Shown piece after piece: positions 36,521-46,608 of a DNA stretch of 64,000 nucleotides. A program made the translations under genes and the position numbers. The notes under the pieces are model-generated. The model saw nothing but the letters and a program-made list of their open reading frames with translations, was not told where the DNA came from and made no database searches. Origin of the DNA: a virus; IMG/VR virus record IMGVR_UViG_3300042398_000319, positions 1 through 64,000 of that record; one strand, 5' to 3'. Position 1 is the stretch's first letter; every line of letters begins with the position of its first letter.

Positions 36521-38149
36521 ATGGGAAAAATAGTTGTAAAGGATCAACCATGCCTAAGTGAAGACTGTGGTAGTAGTGATGCTAGACAGGTATATGAAGA
36601 TGGAACATCATACTGTTTTTCATGCAGAGGGTGGTTTCCAAATCAAGAAAAGGATACTTTTGTGTCAATTAAAAAGGAAAGTTATGGTAATGAAACACTA
36701 GGGGAAATTGCCAGTTATGCCGTAAGAGGTTTTGAAGATCGAAAGATCAAAAAGAAAATTACTGAATATTTTAATGTAAAGGTTACGGTAAATGAAAAGG
36801 GCGAAGTGGATTCGCATTATTACCCCTATGGTATTAATGAGATTACGGGCTATAAGAAACGTATTCTCCCAAAAGAGTTTACAGTTATCGGCAAGATTAA
36901 AAGTCTATTTGGACAAATGCAAGCGGGTAATGGGGGTAAACAGCTAGTAATTACCGAAGGTGAAATTGATGCATTAACAGTATCTCAAGCTTGGTTTGAT
37001 AAGTATGAAAAGATCTACCCAGTAGTATCTATTCCCTCTGCAAGCCAAACTAGTATTCTCCTTAACAATCGTGACTGGTTACGTAACTTTGACTCTGTAA
37101 TTATTTGGTTTGATAATGATGAGCCAGGCAAAGAGGCTGCTGATCGTGCTGCAAAGATTATTGGTTTTGACAAAGTAAAAATTGTTAAAAACACTAAACT
37201 TAAAGATGCTAATGAACTGTATCTTAAAGAAGGACACATGGCTGTTCTTGCACAGATTTGGGATGCACAGCCTTGGAGCCCAGTAGGTATTGTTAACTCA
37301 GCAGATACTTGGGATTTATATAAAGCAGAGTCAGAGATTGACTATGTGCCTTGGCCAGACTTTGCAGTAGAACTTAATAAAAAGATTTATGGTAGGTGCC
37401 TAGGTTCTATTACTGTACTTTGTTCAGGTACAGGTATGGGTAAGAGTTCATTCTTAAAAGAAGATCAATATCATTTACTTCAAACAACAAATGAGAAGAT
37501 TGGTATTTGTTCTTTGGAAGAAAGCGTCTCTGAAACAGTTGAAGGCATTATGGCATTACATCTAAACAAGCGTATTCAATTGCCTGATGTTGAAGTCAAT
37601 GAAGAAGAAGAGCGTACTGCTTGGTCAGAAACCATGGGTACAGGTAGAATTATGTTCCTAGACCATCAAGGTTCTATGGGAGATGATTCATTAATAGACA
37701 AGATGGAGTTTATGGCCTTAAGTGGGTGTAAATTTATTTATCTTGATCACATTACTATTGCAGTATCAGATGCTGAGGATAATGATGTAAATCGAGCTAC
37801 AGATAAGCTTATGTCAGACTTACTGAAGCTAGCTAAACGACATAGTGTGTGGATTGGTGTTGTTAGTCATTTAAGAAAGACAAACAATAACCAGAAGTCA
37901 TTTGAAGAGGGTGCTGTACCTTCAGACGATGATTTAAAAGGTTCAGGCTCATTAAAGCAAATTGGTGCACAATTAATTGCTATTAGCCGTAACAAGCTAG
38001 AGACTGACCCTATTCAACGACACACAAGTAAGTTATGGGTTTTAAAAGATCGTTGGACAGGTAGAACTGGCCCAATGGGTCAATACAGGTTTATAGAAGA
38101 TACTGGTAGATTAATTAACAGTGATTCATTTGAGGATTTAACAATATGA
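36521..38149 (+). CDS. DNA primase-helicase (T7 gp4-like)
   Basis: Zinc finger C..C / CFSC, TOPRIM EGEID and FDND, Walker A GTGMGKS, LDH, SHL and LKGSG motifs. Confidence 0.95.
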   Translation: MGKIVVKDQPCLSEDCGSSDARQVYEDGTSYCFSCRGWFPNQEKDTFVSIKKESYGNETLGEIASYAVRGFEDRKIKKKITEYFNVKVTVNEKGEVDSHYYPYGINEITGYKKRILPKEFTVIGKIKSLFGQMQAGNGGKQLVITEGEIDALTVSQAWFDKYEKIYPVVSIPSASQTSILLNNRDWLRNFDSVIIWFDNDEPGKEAADRAAKIIGFDKVKIVKNTKLKDANELYLKEGHMAVLAQIWDAQPWSPVGIVNSADTWDLYKAESEIDYVPWPDFAVELNKKIYGRCLGSITVLCSGTGMGKSSFLKEDQYHLLQTTNEKIGICSLEESVSETVEGIMALHLNKRIQLPDVEVNEEEERTAWSETMGTGRIMFLDHQGSMGDDSLIDKMEFMALSGCKFIYLDHITIAVSDAEDNDVNRATDKLMSDLLKLAKRHSVWIGVVSHLRKTNNNQKSFEEGAVPSDDDLKGSGSLKQIGAQLIAISRNKLETDPIQRHTSKLWVLKDRWTGRTGPMGQYRFIEDTGRLINSDSFEDLTI

Positions 38150-38365
38150 GATACGCCATATTTGCCTTTGATGAATCAATTAATAAGTATAGTGAGTTTA
38201 TATATGATGATTATGAAGAATGTGAAACAGCACTAAGTATCTTTACTGATTACGAAGTTCCTGCGTTTATATGTGTTTCAGATGAGTCGATGAATGGTAA
38301 GATTGCAGAGGTGTTATTACGTCCTGGATCTTGCTTTAATGCCTAACAATAAAAATAAGAAAATA

Positions 38366-40363
38366 ATGAAATACTACGACATTGAAATTGATTTAGAAAA
38401 GGATAATCTTCTAACAGACTACGCCTTTGACATGGTCTTGGAGTTTTATGCACAGAATGCTGAAACTTCACCACAACAAGTTTATGCAAGGGCATGCCGT
38501 GCATGGAGCACATTTAAAGGTCAAACAGACTTAGCTTTAGCCCAAAGACTGTATGACTACATATCTAACAAATGGTTTATGTTTGCCTCACCAGTTTTGT
38601 CTAATGCACCTGACATCGATGGTAAAGGCAAAGGTATGCCAATCTCATGTTTTCTAACTTATGTACCTGATACTGTCCCTGGTCTTATTGATCATAGTTC
38701 TGAAATTCGCTGGCTATCAGTTATGGGTGGAGGCGTTGGCGGCCACTGGAGTGATATCCGGAGTGTGTCTGATATTGCTCCTGGTCCCATACCTTTTCTT
38801 TCAACTATTGATGCTGATATGACTGCCTACAGGCAAGGAAAAACACGCAAAGGATCTTATGCTGCATATCTCGATATTGACCACCCTGATATTCTTGAAT
38901 TTGTTAGCATTAGGGTACCCACAGGTGACAATAATCGTAAGTGCCTTAACTTACACAACGCTATTAATGTCACTGACTCTTTCATGGAAGCTGTCAAAGA
39001 AGGTAGAGAATATGAACTTGTTGATCCAAAGAAAGGACCCACAGGGGAGTTTCTCGATGCTCGAAAAGTATTTGGAAAGTTACTGGAGACTCGCTTTCGC
39101 ACAGGTGAGCCTTATCTTAATTTCATCGATACCGCTAATGATGCATTACCACAACAGCTAAAAAGCAAAGGATTAAAAATTCACGGAAGTAATCTGTGTA
39201 ATGAAATCCATTTACCTACAGCTGAGGGTCGAACTGCAGTATGTTGCCTAAGCTCTGTTAACCTAGAGTACTTTGATCAATGGAAAGACACTAGTATGGT
39301 TGCTGACTTAGTAACTATGCTAGACAATGTACTAGAATACTTTATTGAAAATGCTCCCGCAGCACTACATAGAGCTATTCTTTCAGCAAAGAGTGAGCGT
39401 TCTATTGGTCTAGGTGCAATGGGTTTCCATAACTACTTGCAAAGTAAAGCCATTCCTTTTGAGAGTGAATTGGCAAGTAAATTAAATATTGAAATCTTTA
39501 AACACATCAAAACTGAGGCAAGGAATGTATCTAATTCCCTAGCCGAAAAGCGTGGACCTGCTCCTGATATGAGTCCACTAATGATTCGTCATTCACATTT
39601 GCTAGCTATTGCTCCAAATGCCTCCTCTGGTATTTTGCTATCAACCTCACCTTCTATTGAGCCAAATAAAGCTAATGCTTACACTCATCGTACTCGTGCA
39701 GGATCTTTTCTAGTTAAAAATAAGTATCTTGAGCAATACTTAGAGGGTATCAATCATAATACGAGTGAAGTATGGTCAAACATTATTACTAATAGTGGTT
39801 CGGTTCAACACCTACCTTTCTTAGATAATAATGCAAAGGCTGTATTTAAGACTAGTTTCGAATTAGATCAGAATTGGATTGTAAAGCATGCTGGTGATCG
39901 GCAAAAATATATTTGCCAAGGTCAATCAGTAAACTTGTTCTTCCCTGCAGGTGTTGATCGCTCTGTAGTTAAGAATGCTCATATTTATGCGTGGGAAGCT
40001 GGGCTCAAAGGTCTGTATTACTTACGTACAGAGGCTAAAGTTCGTGCCGAGAATGTTTCACAAAAGGTTGAGGAAAACAAATTGAAAGAAGTTAAAGAAA
40101 CTATTATCTATGGAAAACCAAACTGCCCCCAATGCACAATGGCAAAGTCCTTGCTTGAATCAAAAGGAATTGCTTATTCTTATGTTGACATCACTACAAC
40201 AGGTAAGTCAGCAGCAGAAATTACTGGAAGAGCAGATGTCCGTTCTCTCCCACAAGTTTACCTTGATGGAACGTACGTTGGCGGATTTACGGAACTCTAC
40301 GCTAAACTCACTACCCCAAGTGAAGTTGTAGAAGATAACGAATGCAAGGCATGTGAAGGTTAA
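38366..40363 (+). CDS. nrdA: class Ia ribonucleotide reductase alpha subunit with glutaredoxin domain
   Basis: ISCF, SNLCNEI, IAPNAS, GLKGLYY; Grx-like YGKPNCPQC...LPQV...VGGF segment before terminal CKACEG. Confidence 0.93.
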   Translation: MKYYDIEIDLEKDNLLTDYAFDMVLEFYAQNAETSPQQVYARACRAWSTFKGQTDLALAQRLYDYISNKWFMFASPVLSNAPDIDGKGKGMPISCFLTYVPDTVPGLIDHSSEIRWLSVMGGGVGGHWSDIRSVSDIAPGPIPFLSTIDADMTAYRQGKTRKGSYAAYLDIDHPDILEFVSIRVPTGDNNRKCLNLHNAINVTDSFMEAVKEGREYELVDPKKGPTGEFLDARKVFGKLLETRFRTGEPYLNFIDTANDALPQQLKSKGLKIHGSNLCNEIHLPTAEGRTAVCCLSSVNLEYFDQWKDTSMVADLVTMLDNVLEYFIENAPAALHRAILSAKSERSIGLGAMGFHNYLQSKAIPFESELASKLNIEIFKHIKTEARNVSNSLAEKRGPAPDMSPLMIRHSHLLAIAPNASSGILLSTSPSIEPNKANAYTHRTRAGSFLVKNKYLEQYLEGINHNTSEVWSNIITNSGSVQHLPFLDNNAKAVFKTSFELDQNWIVKHAGDRQKYICQGQSVNLFFPAGVDRSVVKNAHIYAWEAGLKGLYYLRTEAKVRAENVSQKVEENKLKEVKETIIYGKPNCPQCTMAKSLLESKGIAYSYVDITTTGKSAAEITGRADVRSLPQVYLDGTYVGGFTELYAKLTTPSEVVEDNECKACEG

Positions 40364-40364
40364 T

Positions 40365-41315
40365 ATGGCTACACTAACAGAGTTTAATAAAACATACAAA
40401 CCTTTCTTACATGACTGGGCAGTTGATATCACAAAGAAACATGAAGAAATTCATTGGACTGAAGATGAAGCTGACTTGTCTGAAGATGTGTCTGACTGGA
40501 AACTAAAACTTGATGAAGGCGAAAAAGAGTTTATTACAAATATTCTCCGATTGTTTACTCAAGGTGATGTTCAAGTCGGACAAAATTATTACGACTATTT
40601 AATCCCAAAGTTTAAGAACAATGAAGTACGTGTTATGCTTGGTTCCTTTGCTTCTCGTGAAGGTACACATCAACGAGCATACGCACTACTAAATGACACA
40701 CTTGGATTGCCTGATGAAGAGTATCACAAGTTTCTAGAGTATAAAGAGATGTCCGAGAAAATTGACTTTATGCAAAGTAATGATACTAATAGCCAGACAG
40801 GTGTAGCACTTGCTCTTGCTAAGGGTGTTATGAATGAAGGTGTAGCTTTGTTTGCCTCATTTGTTATGTTACTGAATTTCCAACGATTTGGTAAAATGAA
40901 AGGCATGGGTACTGTAGTAGAGTGGTCTATTCGTGATGAAACAGTGCACGTAGAGGGTGGTGCTCGATTGTTCCGAGAGTTTTGTAATGAACACCCAAGA
41001 ATTATCAATGATGAACTTAAGTCTAAGATTTATCAGATGGCAAGAGACGCAGTTGATCTTGAAGATAAATTTATTGAACTTGCCTTTGCTAATTACAAAA
41101 TTGAAGGTATTAGTAAAGAAGATGTAAAGAGTTACATTCGCTATATTAGTGATCGTAGACTACTACAACTAGGTTTAAAGACTATCTTTGACCATCGAGA
41201 CAATCCAATGCCTTGGCTAGACTGGGTTCTCTCAGGTGTCTCTCATGACAACTTCTTTGAGAAGCGTGTTACAGAGTACAGTGTTAATGGCATGAACGGA
41301 GATTGGGACTGGTAA
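40365..41315 (+). CDS. nrdB: class Ia ribonucleotide reductase beta subunit
   Basis: EGTHQRAY, EGVALFASF, RDETVH and NFFE motifs. Confidence 0.95.
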   Translation: MATLTEFNKTYKPFLHDWAVDITKKHEEIHWTEDEADLSEDVSDWKLKLDEGEKEFITNILRLFTQGDVQVGQNYYDYLIPKFKNNEVRVMLGSFASREGTHQRAYALLNDTLGLPDEEYHKFLEYKEMSEKIDFMQSNDTNSQTGVALALAKGVMNEGVALFASFVMLLNFQRFGKMKGMGTVVEWSIRDETVHVEGGARLFREFCNEHPRIINDELKSKIYQMARDAVDLEDKFIELAFANYKIEGISKEDVKSYIRYISDRRLLQLGLKTIFDHRDNPMPWLDWVLSGVSHDNFFEKRVTEYSVNGMNGDWDW

Positions 41316-41995
41316 TGACTCCATCGGATAAAATTAAACTAACAAATATGGTTGATCAAGGTGTTAACCATACACTAGCTACTTTAGATATAACAGATCG
41401 AGAAGAGATTATGAATCACTTTGAGAGAGTGGCATTGTCTATTGTAGAGGGCTCTAACCCTGAAGACTCTGAAGAGTTAGTAAAATTCTTTTCAGTGTAT
41501 CTTCAGAAAAAGGCTGATAAGTTAGGTGTTAAACGTAGTTACGCAGATGAGCAAAAATAATAATAATAATTGGCAGGAATTAGAACGTGAAGAAAAGCAA
41601 TTTAAAGATGAGCGAACCTCTCATTCAGACAGACACAAACGACCCTATAAGCGAGAGCGACAGCAAGGACGTTGGTGGGACGAGTACAGCTCAGAAGAAG
41701 ACGAAGATGACTCTATTGGAGGAAATCAAAACAATAGTTAGTAAAAGCACAGTTCATGTGTCTGAGTTTAGGTTAGTTGTAGATGAAATTAATAAAACTA
41801 CTACTCAGCTTATTGAAGATCTATGGCCTACTGGTATTACATTCATTGTAAGCGGAACAGATTTAGTTGCACTAAATGAACTAAACAATAAAATTATTAA
41901 TCGGTCAGGATCTATTGGTCGATGGAAGGTAACACTTCCAGCTGATATTATTCTAGAACCCGCAGAGTTATTTATTTCAACTAAGGAATTATCAC

Positions 41996-42679
41996 ATGAG
42001 CAAACTATTCGGTTGCCAGTTCAACAAGTACTCAAGTGTGCTTAACGCTAAAGCTAAACCTAAATCGCCTGAAGCACCAGACTCCCCTAATCCACCTCAA
42101 CCTGTAACTCAGGAAGATAATGATGGGGGCTATTACTGGTTCGGTAAAAATATTATGCGTAATGGCGTAATGTATCTTATGGGAGAAATAGAAGACGATT
42201 CTGTACAGCCTATTATTATGGCTATTATGGAATATAACCTAATGGCTAAACAGGATCAACCAGATAAACTTGTATTGTTTATTAACAGTCCAGGTGGATT
42301 TGTTTCCTCAGCATACCATTTAATTGATACTATTAAACAGTCCAATATTCCAGTAGTTACTATTGGTACTGGTGAAGTAGCTTCAGCAGGTGTTATGTTG
42401 TTGATGTCAGGAAATAAGGGTATGCGCTTTATTACTGAAAATTGCTCTGTAATGTCACATCAATTCTCTCGTGGAGTTGTTGGTAAAGAACATGAGATAG
42501 CTGCAGCCTCAAAAGACTTTCATCTAGATTCGCTAAGAATGTTAAATCATTATCGCAAATGTACAGGTAAGTCTGTTACATATATTCGTAAGCATTTGTT
42601 ACAACAATCAGATTGTTTCTTCTCTCCAGATGAAGCAGTTACACATGGTATTGTAGATGAAGTAATTAAGAATCCGTAA
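41996..42679 (+). CDS. ClpP-like protease subunit
   Basis: INSPGG, VASAG (catalytic Ser), MSHQ and EAVTHGIVD motifs. Confidence 0.85.
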   Translation: MSKLFGCQFNKYSSVLNAKAKPKSPEAPDSPNPPQPVTQEDNDGGYYWFGKNIMRNGVMYLMGEIEDDSVQPIIMAIMEYNLMAKQDQPDKLVLFINSPGGFVSSAYHLIDTIKQSNIPVVTIGTGEVASAGVMLLMSGNKGMRFITENCSVMSHQFSRGVVGKEHEIAAASKDFHLDSLRMLNHYRKCTGKSVTYIRKHLLQQSDCFFSPDEAVTHGIVDEVIKNP

Positions 42680-42683
42680 ACCA

Positions 42684-42717
42684 AGCCCTGACTAGAAATA
42701 GTTGGGGCTATTTTATT
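42684..42717 (+). terminator. intrinsic terminator-like hairpin
   Basis: AGCCCTGACTA-GAAA-TAGTTGGGGCT followed by ATTTTATT. Confidence 0.7.
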
Positions 42718-43642
42718 AAGGAACACATGATAAGTGAAAAAGATATTGAAGATTGGTTACATTATGAATTAAAAGAAGTGTCTAAAGAAATCAATGATAA
42801 CTATTGGAAATTCTCTGCCTCATTTGGCACAGATAAGGAATTACTCATGCAATACGAGAGTAGTGTAAATAGGCTAAAACGTATTTTAGAAAGACTTAAT
42901 GGTAACAATCCCAACTGAAAACTATAAACTATTGCTTAAACTTTTAGATCGATTTAAAGAGGAACGTGAAACAAATGATAAAATGAGTCAATTCGAAAAT
43001 GGATATGCTTGTGCTAGTCATTATGCTTATGACGCACTTTACGAAGCATTAGAATCATTACCTAAATTAAATAAGGTTTGTGCATTATGTAAGAAGGATG
43101 TAACAGATGGCATCTAATGAACTACTATATAAGTCTAATAAGATATGGAAAGAGTTTAAAGCTCTTAACTCTACTGCAAACTTTGAATGGCTTCCTGAAG
43201 AAGATAATTTTTACTTTTATAGTGATCGTATCATGAATTTAGCAATAAATGAGATCGATAAGAAACGTAAAGAAGTTATTGAAGCAAGAGGCGGTAGATT
43301 TTATTATAGTGATGGCTACAACCCTCGTTGGAATACAAAGAATCGTGTTAGAAACTTTTTAATAAGTGAAATAAAAAATGAAACAGTTAGCAGATCTAGC
43401 GTTACAAGTAATGGACGAGTTCACGGAGTTGAGCAAGGTCAACAACTTTAATTCAGACCTAGAATTTCAACATGATGCATTTTATGTAGCTGTACGTGTA
43501 TTAAGAAACAGTCATCTGTTTTTTGAATATAACCCTTACACATGGGAAGATACAAGACTACTACAAGATACTTTAGATATACTAGAGTATGGTCCTGTAC
43601 CTAAAGCGCATTATGAAGTGTTTACTAAAATCTTAAATAGAG

Positions 43643-43972
43643 ATGCCACGCCCTAAAAAGGTAACGATTGTTAAACCTGTTTGTTCCCCTGAATTAACAG
43701 AGTTAATAAGAAGACGAAGAGCACAAATGTTAATACATTCGTGTATCTATTATGAGCTAAATGAAAGTATAATCTCTGATCATCAGTGGCAAGCATGGGC
43801 TGATGAGCTACAACAACTACAAGAAAAACACCCAGATTGTTTAAAAATTGATTTTTACGACTGGGAATTTAGAGATTGGGATGGTGCTACTGGAGCACAC
43901 CTACCACATAGGAACCCTTGGGTTTTCCAGAAAGCAAATTATATTTTAAATCTTTCGAGAGAGAATAAATGA
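43643..43972 (+). CDS. stand-alone protein resembling the N-terminal domain of NAD-dependent DNA ligase
   Basis: IYYELNESIISDHQW...ELQQLQEKHP resembles the LigA YY..D.P.ISD.EYD..L..LE..HP segment. Confidence 0.5.
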   Translation: MPRPKKVTIVKPVCSPELTELIRRRRAQMLIHSCIYYELNESIISDHQWQAWADELQQLQEKHPDCLKIDFYDWEFRDWDGATGAHLPHRNPWVFQKANYILNLSRENK

Positions 43973-45312
43973 TCACAATTCAAGAATTGCAAGTTAAGTT
44001 TCCTGTAGTATTAGAGCTTCTCCGCCTGTCAAGAAATTGGCATTCACGAGAACAAAAGGCTTATGAGTTTCATCCGATTATTAAAGAGATCATGAAGACT
44101 CATGTACCCCAAGATTATCGTTTGTTAGCATTAGAATATCCTCATCAATCAATTAAAGATGCAAGTAATGTTGCGTTTACTCGTGATGAGCGTTCAGGTA
44201 TTAACGATCGTCAGACTGTTACCACCTTTGGTCGCTATGTTCGTAGAATGTTCCCTCAATTGAAGGATCATGAAATTCGTGACTATGCTACTAAATGCCG
44301 TAATGATACCTATGAGATCTGGGACACACAAGACGGTATTATCACCAGCGTACAGTTAGGTCCACGTTCTTGCATGACATGGGATTCTAGCTATACTCCT
44401 GGCCATGAGTATTATGACCCTAGCTGTAAGCATCCTTACATGGTTTATGCTCCAGAGTTAGGTTGGAAAACTGCAGTTAGGCTTGATCCAGACACACGTA
44501 CAATTAATGGTCGTGGCTTGGTATGGCACTCTGAGGATGACAAAGAAAAATACTTTGTTCGTACTTATAAGAGGGGTAACGACTATAGTTATGCTGATGA
44601 GGCATTAGAGTACTGGTTGAAAGAGTCTGGTTATAAGCATGTAGATGGCTGGCCTTATGAGACGCCATTGAAACTAATTAGTTATGGTCATGACTTTTTA
44701 GCTCCGTATATTGATGGTGAAGTACAACGAGTAAGTAAGTGTAGTACTCGTGTATATAAGGGCGCACATTACAATCTTTACATTGTTGAAGATGGTGACT
44801 ATGAGTGTACTCAAACAGACGGTGAAACATGTTCTAGTGAAACTGAGCATTGTAGCTGTTGTGATGAGTACTACCATCCTGATGATATGAGAAGTACTTA
44901 TGATGACGGTGATATCTGTGAGGGTTGTGCAGAGAATCATTATGTTAGGGCATACACAGATAGTACTCGATATACAGAGTTAGTAAGCGAAGACGAAGTA
45001 GTTGAGTATCAAGGTAATTACTATCATAGAGATAATCTGGATCATCATGAGTTAGTTGAACTTCATAATGGTGATGTCGCTAAAAGAGATCATACATATG
45101 AAACTATTTCTGGTGAGTATGTGTTAGATGAAGAAATTGGCCCAAATGGAGATTGGGTTTTGATTGATAGCCTTGCTTATCCCAAGAGCGAGTTATTTTA
45201 CTGTAATGGATCTAATGAATGGTATTTAAAGGATGATGTTACCCCAGTAGAAGTAGATGGAAAAGAATATCATCCAGAGAATGTTCCCGAAACAGAAAGT
45301 GAATCAGAATGA
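43969..45312 (+). CDS. hypothetical protein with CxxC motifs
   Basis: 447 aa; SCM, APYID and CSCC...CEGC motifs. Confidence 0.7.
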   Translation: MITIQELQVKFPVVLELLRLSRNWHSREQKAYEFHPIIKEIMKTHVPQDYRLLALEYPHQSIKDASNVAFTRDERSGINDRQTVTTFGRYVRRMFPQLKDHEIRDYATKCRNDTYEIWDTQDGIITSVQLGPRSCMTWDSSYTPGHEYYDPSCKHPYMVYAPELGWKTAVRLDPDTRTINGRGLVWHSEDDKEKYFVRTYKRGNDYSYADEALEYWLKESGYKHVDGWPYETPLKLISYGHDFLAPYIDGEVQRVSKCSTRVYKGAHYNLYIVEDGDYECTQTDGETCSSETEHCSCCDEYYHPDDMRSTYDDGDICEGCAENHYVRAYTDSTRYTELVSEDEVVEYQGNYYHRDNLDHHELVELHNGDVAKRDHTYETISGEYVLDEEIGPNGDWVLIDSLAYPKSELFYCNGSNEWYLKDDVTPVEVDGKEYHPENVPETESESE

Positions 45313-46448
45313 AAACTCAATTAATTAAAGACTTGGAATTCGCATTGTCCCTGAAGAGACCACATGGTGGCACAGGTGTTACTATGCTTTGTAACTATAT
45401 CGTAGAACGTGTTGGTGAGGGAGATCTCTCAGTAGACTTTTGTGGCAATATACATGTGGACATGCGTGATGACTCATCTAATGAAACATTATTCACTGCT
45501 CACGTAGATACTGTCCACCGTGAAGATGGTGATAACGTGTTTAAATATGAAGGTCAATATCTGTTAGCTGACGGAGGTAAGCCTCTCGGTGCTGACGATG
45601 GTGCTGGCGTGGCTTTACTTCTTCATATGATTGATAACAGAGTACCTGGCTACTATGTGTTCTTTCAAGGTGAAGAAAAAGGTGGTATTGGTTCTAGCTG
45701 GCTTGCATTAAATGATCCAGGACTAGTTGGACAATTTAAACGAGCTATCACATTCGATCGTAAAGGTAATCATAGTATTATTACTCATCAAATGTGTGGT
45801 CGTACTTGTTCAGATGATTTTGCCTATGCATTGGCAGACGCTTTGAATGATGCTTGCACAGACTTTATGTTTGTACCAGATGATACAGGCGTTTACACTG
45901 ATACTGCTGAGTTTGCTGATATCATTCCTGAATGTACTAACATTAGTGCTGGTTATTACTCTGAGCATACACCAAATGAGAAGCTTGATATTTGGCATTT
46001 AAAAGATTTAGCTGAAGCTGTATTGAAAATTAACTGGGATTCTCTTGAGGCTGTTCGTGATCCAAGTGTACCTGATCCAGATGAGCTTAAGACTAATTAC
46101 ACATCTTTCCCTACTTATAACAAAGATGCGTATGGTTATAGTAATTATGGCTCTAAGTATGATTATCAATATGACTATGAAAATGATCCAGTAGGTCCAA
46201 CAACTTATACTGAAGAGGCTACAACATTAATTGACTGTTTAGCAGACGCTAAGTTTGGTTTGAAAACAGAATTATTAGAGATGGTAGCTACATTTATTCA
46301 TCCTGAGCATCCTGAGACTGCAATTAAGTTTCTTAATAGAAACGCATTGACAGAAGAAGTTATTCTTGATGCAGAAGATATGCTACGTGTAGGATATGAA
46401 GATCATCAAGTTATTGAGTATTTGTTTGACATTTTGTATAAGGAGTAA
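45309..46448 (+). CDS. M28/M20-like zinc metallopeptidase
   Basis: AHVDTV, LGADDGAG, GEEKG, FDR, YTD and GYY.EH motifs. Confidence 0.8.
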   Translation: MKTQLIKDLEFALSLKRPHGGTGVTMLCNYIVERVGEGDLSVDFCGNIHVDMRDDSSNETLFTAHVDTVHREDGDNVFKYEGQYLLADGGKPLGADDGAGVALLLHMIDNRVPGYYVFFQGEEKGGIGSSWLALNDPGLVGQFKRAITFDRKGNHSIITHQMCGRTCSDDFAYALADALNDACTDFMFVPDDTGVYTDTAEFADIIPECTNISAGYYSEHTPNEKLDIWHLKDLAEAVLKINWDSLEAVRDPSVPDPDELKTNYTSFPTYNKDAYGYSNYGSKYDYQYDYENDPVGPTTYTEEATTLIDCLADAKFGLKTELLEMVATFIHPEHPETAIKFLNRNALTEEVILDAEDMLRVGYEDHQVIEYLFDILYKE

Positions 46449-46608
46449 TTTGGATTGAATAAGATAGCACATAGACTAATGAGAGAGCAGGATAAACTCG
46501 TTAAGCGTTTCTTGTTATTAAGTTTAATTCAAATATCAGGGGAAGCAACTCTTGATACACTAGATGAGTTAGCAACATTGAGAAAAGATATTTCTAGGAT
46601 AATCGAGA

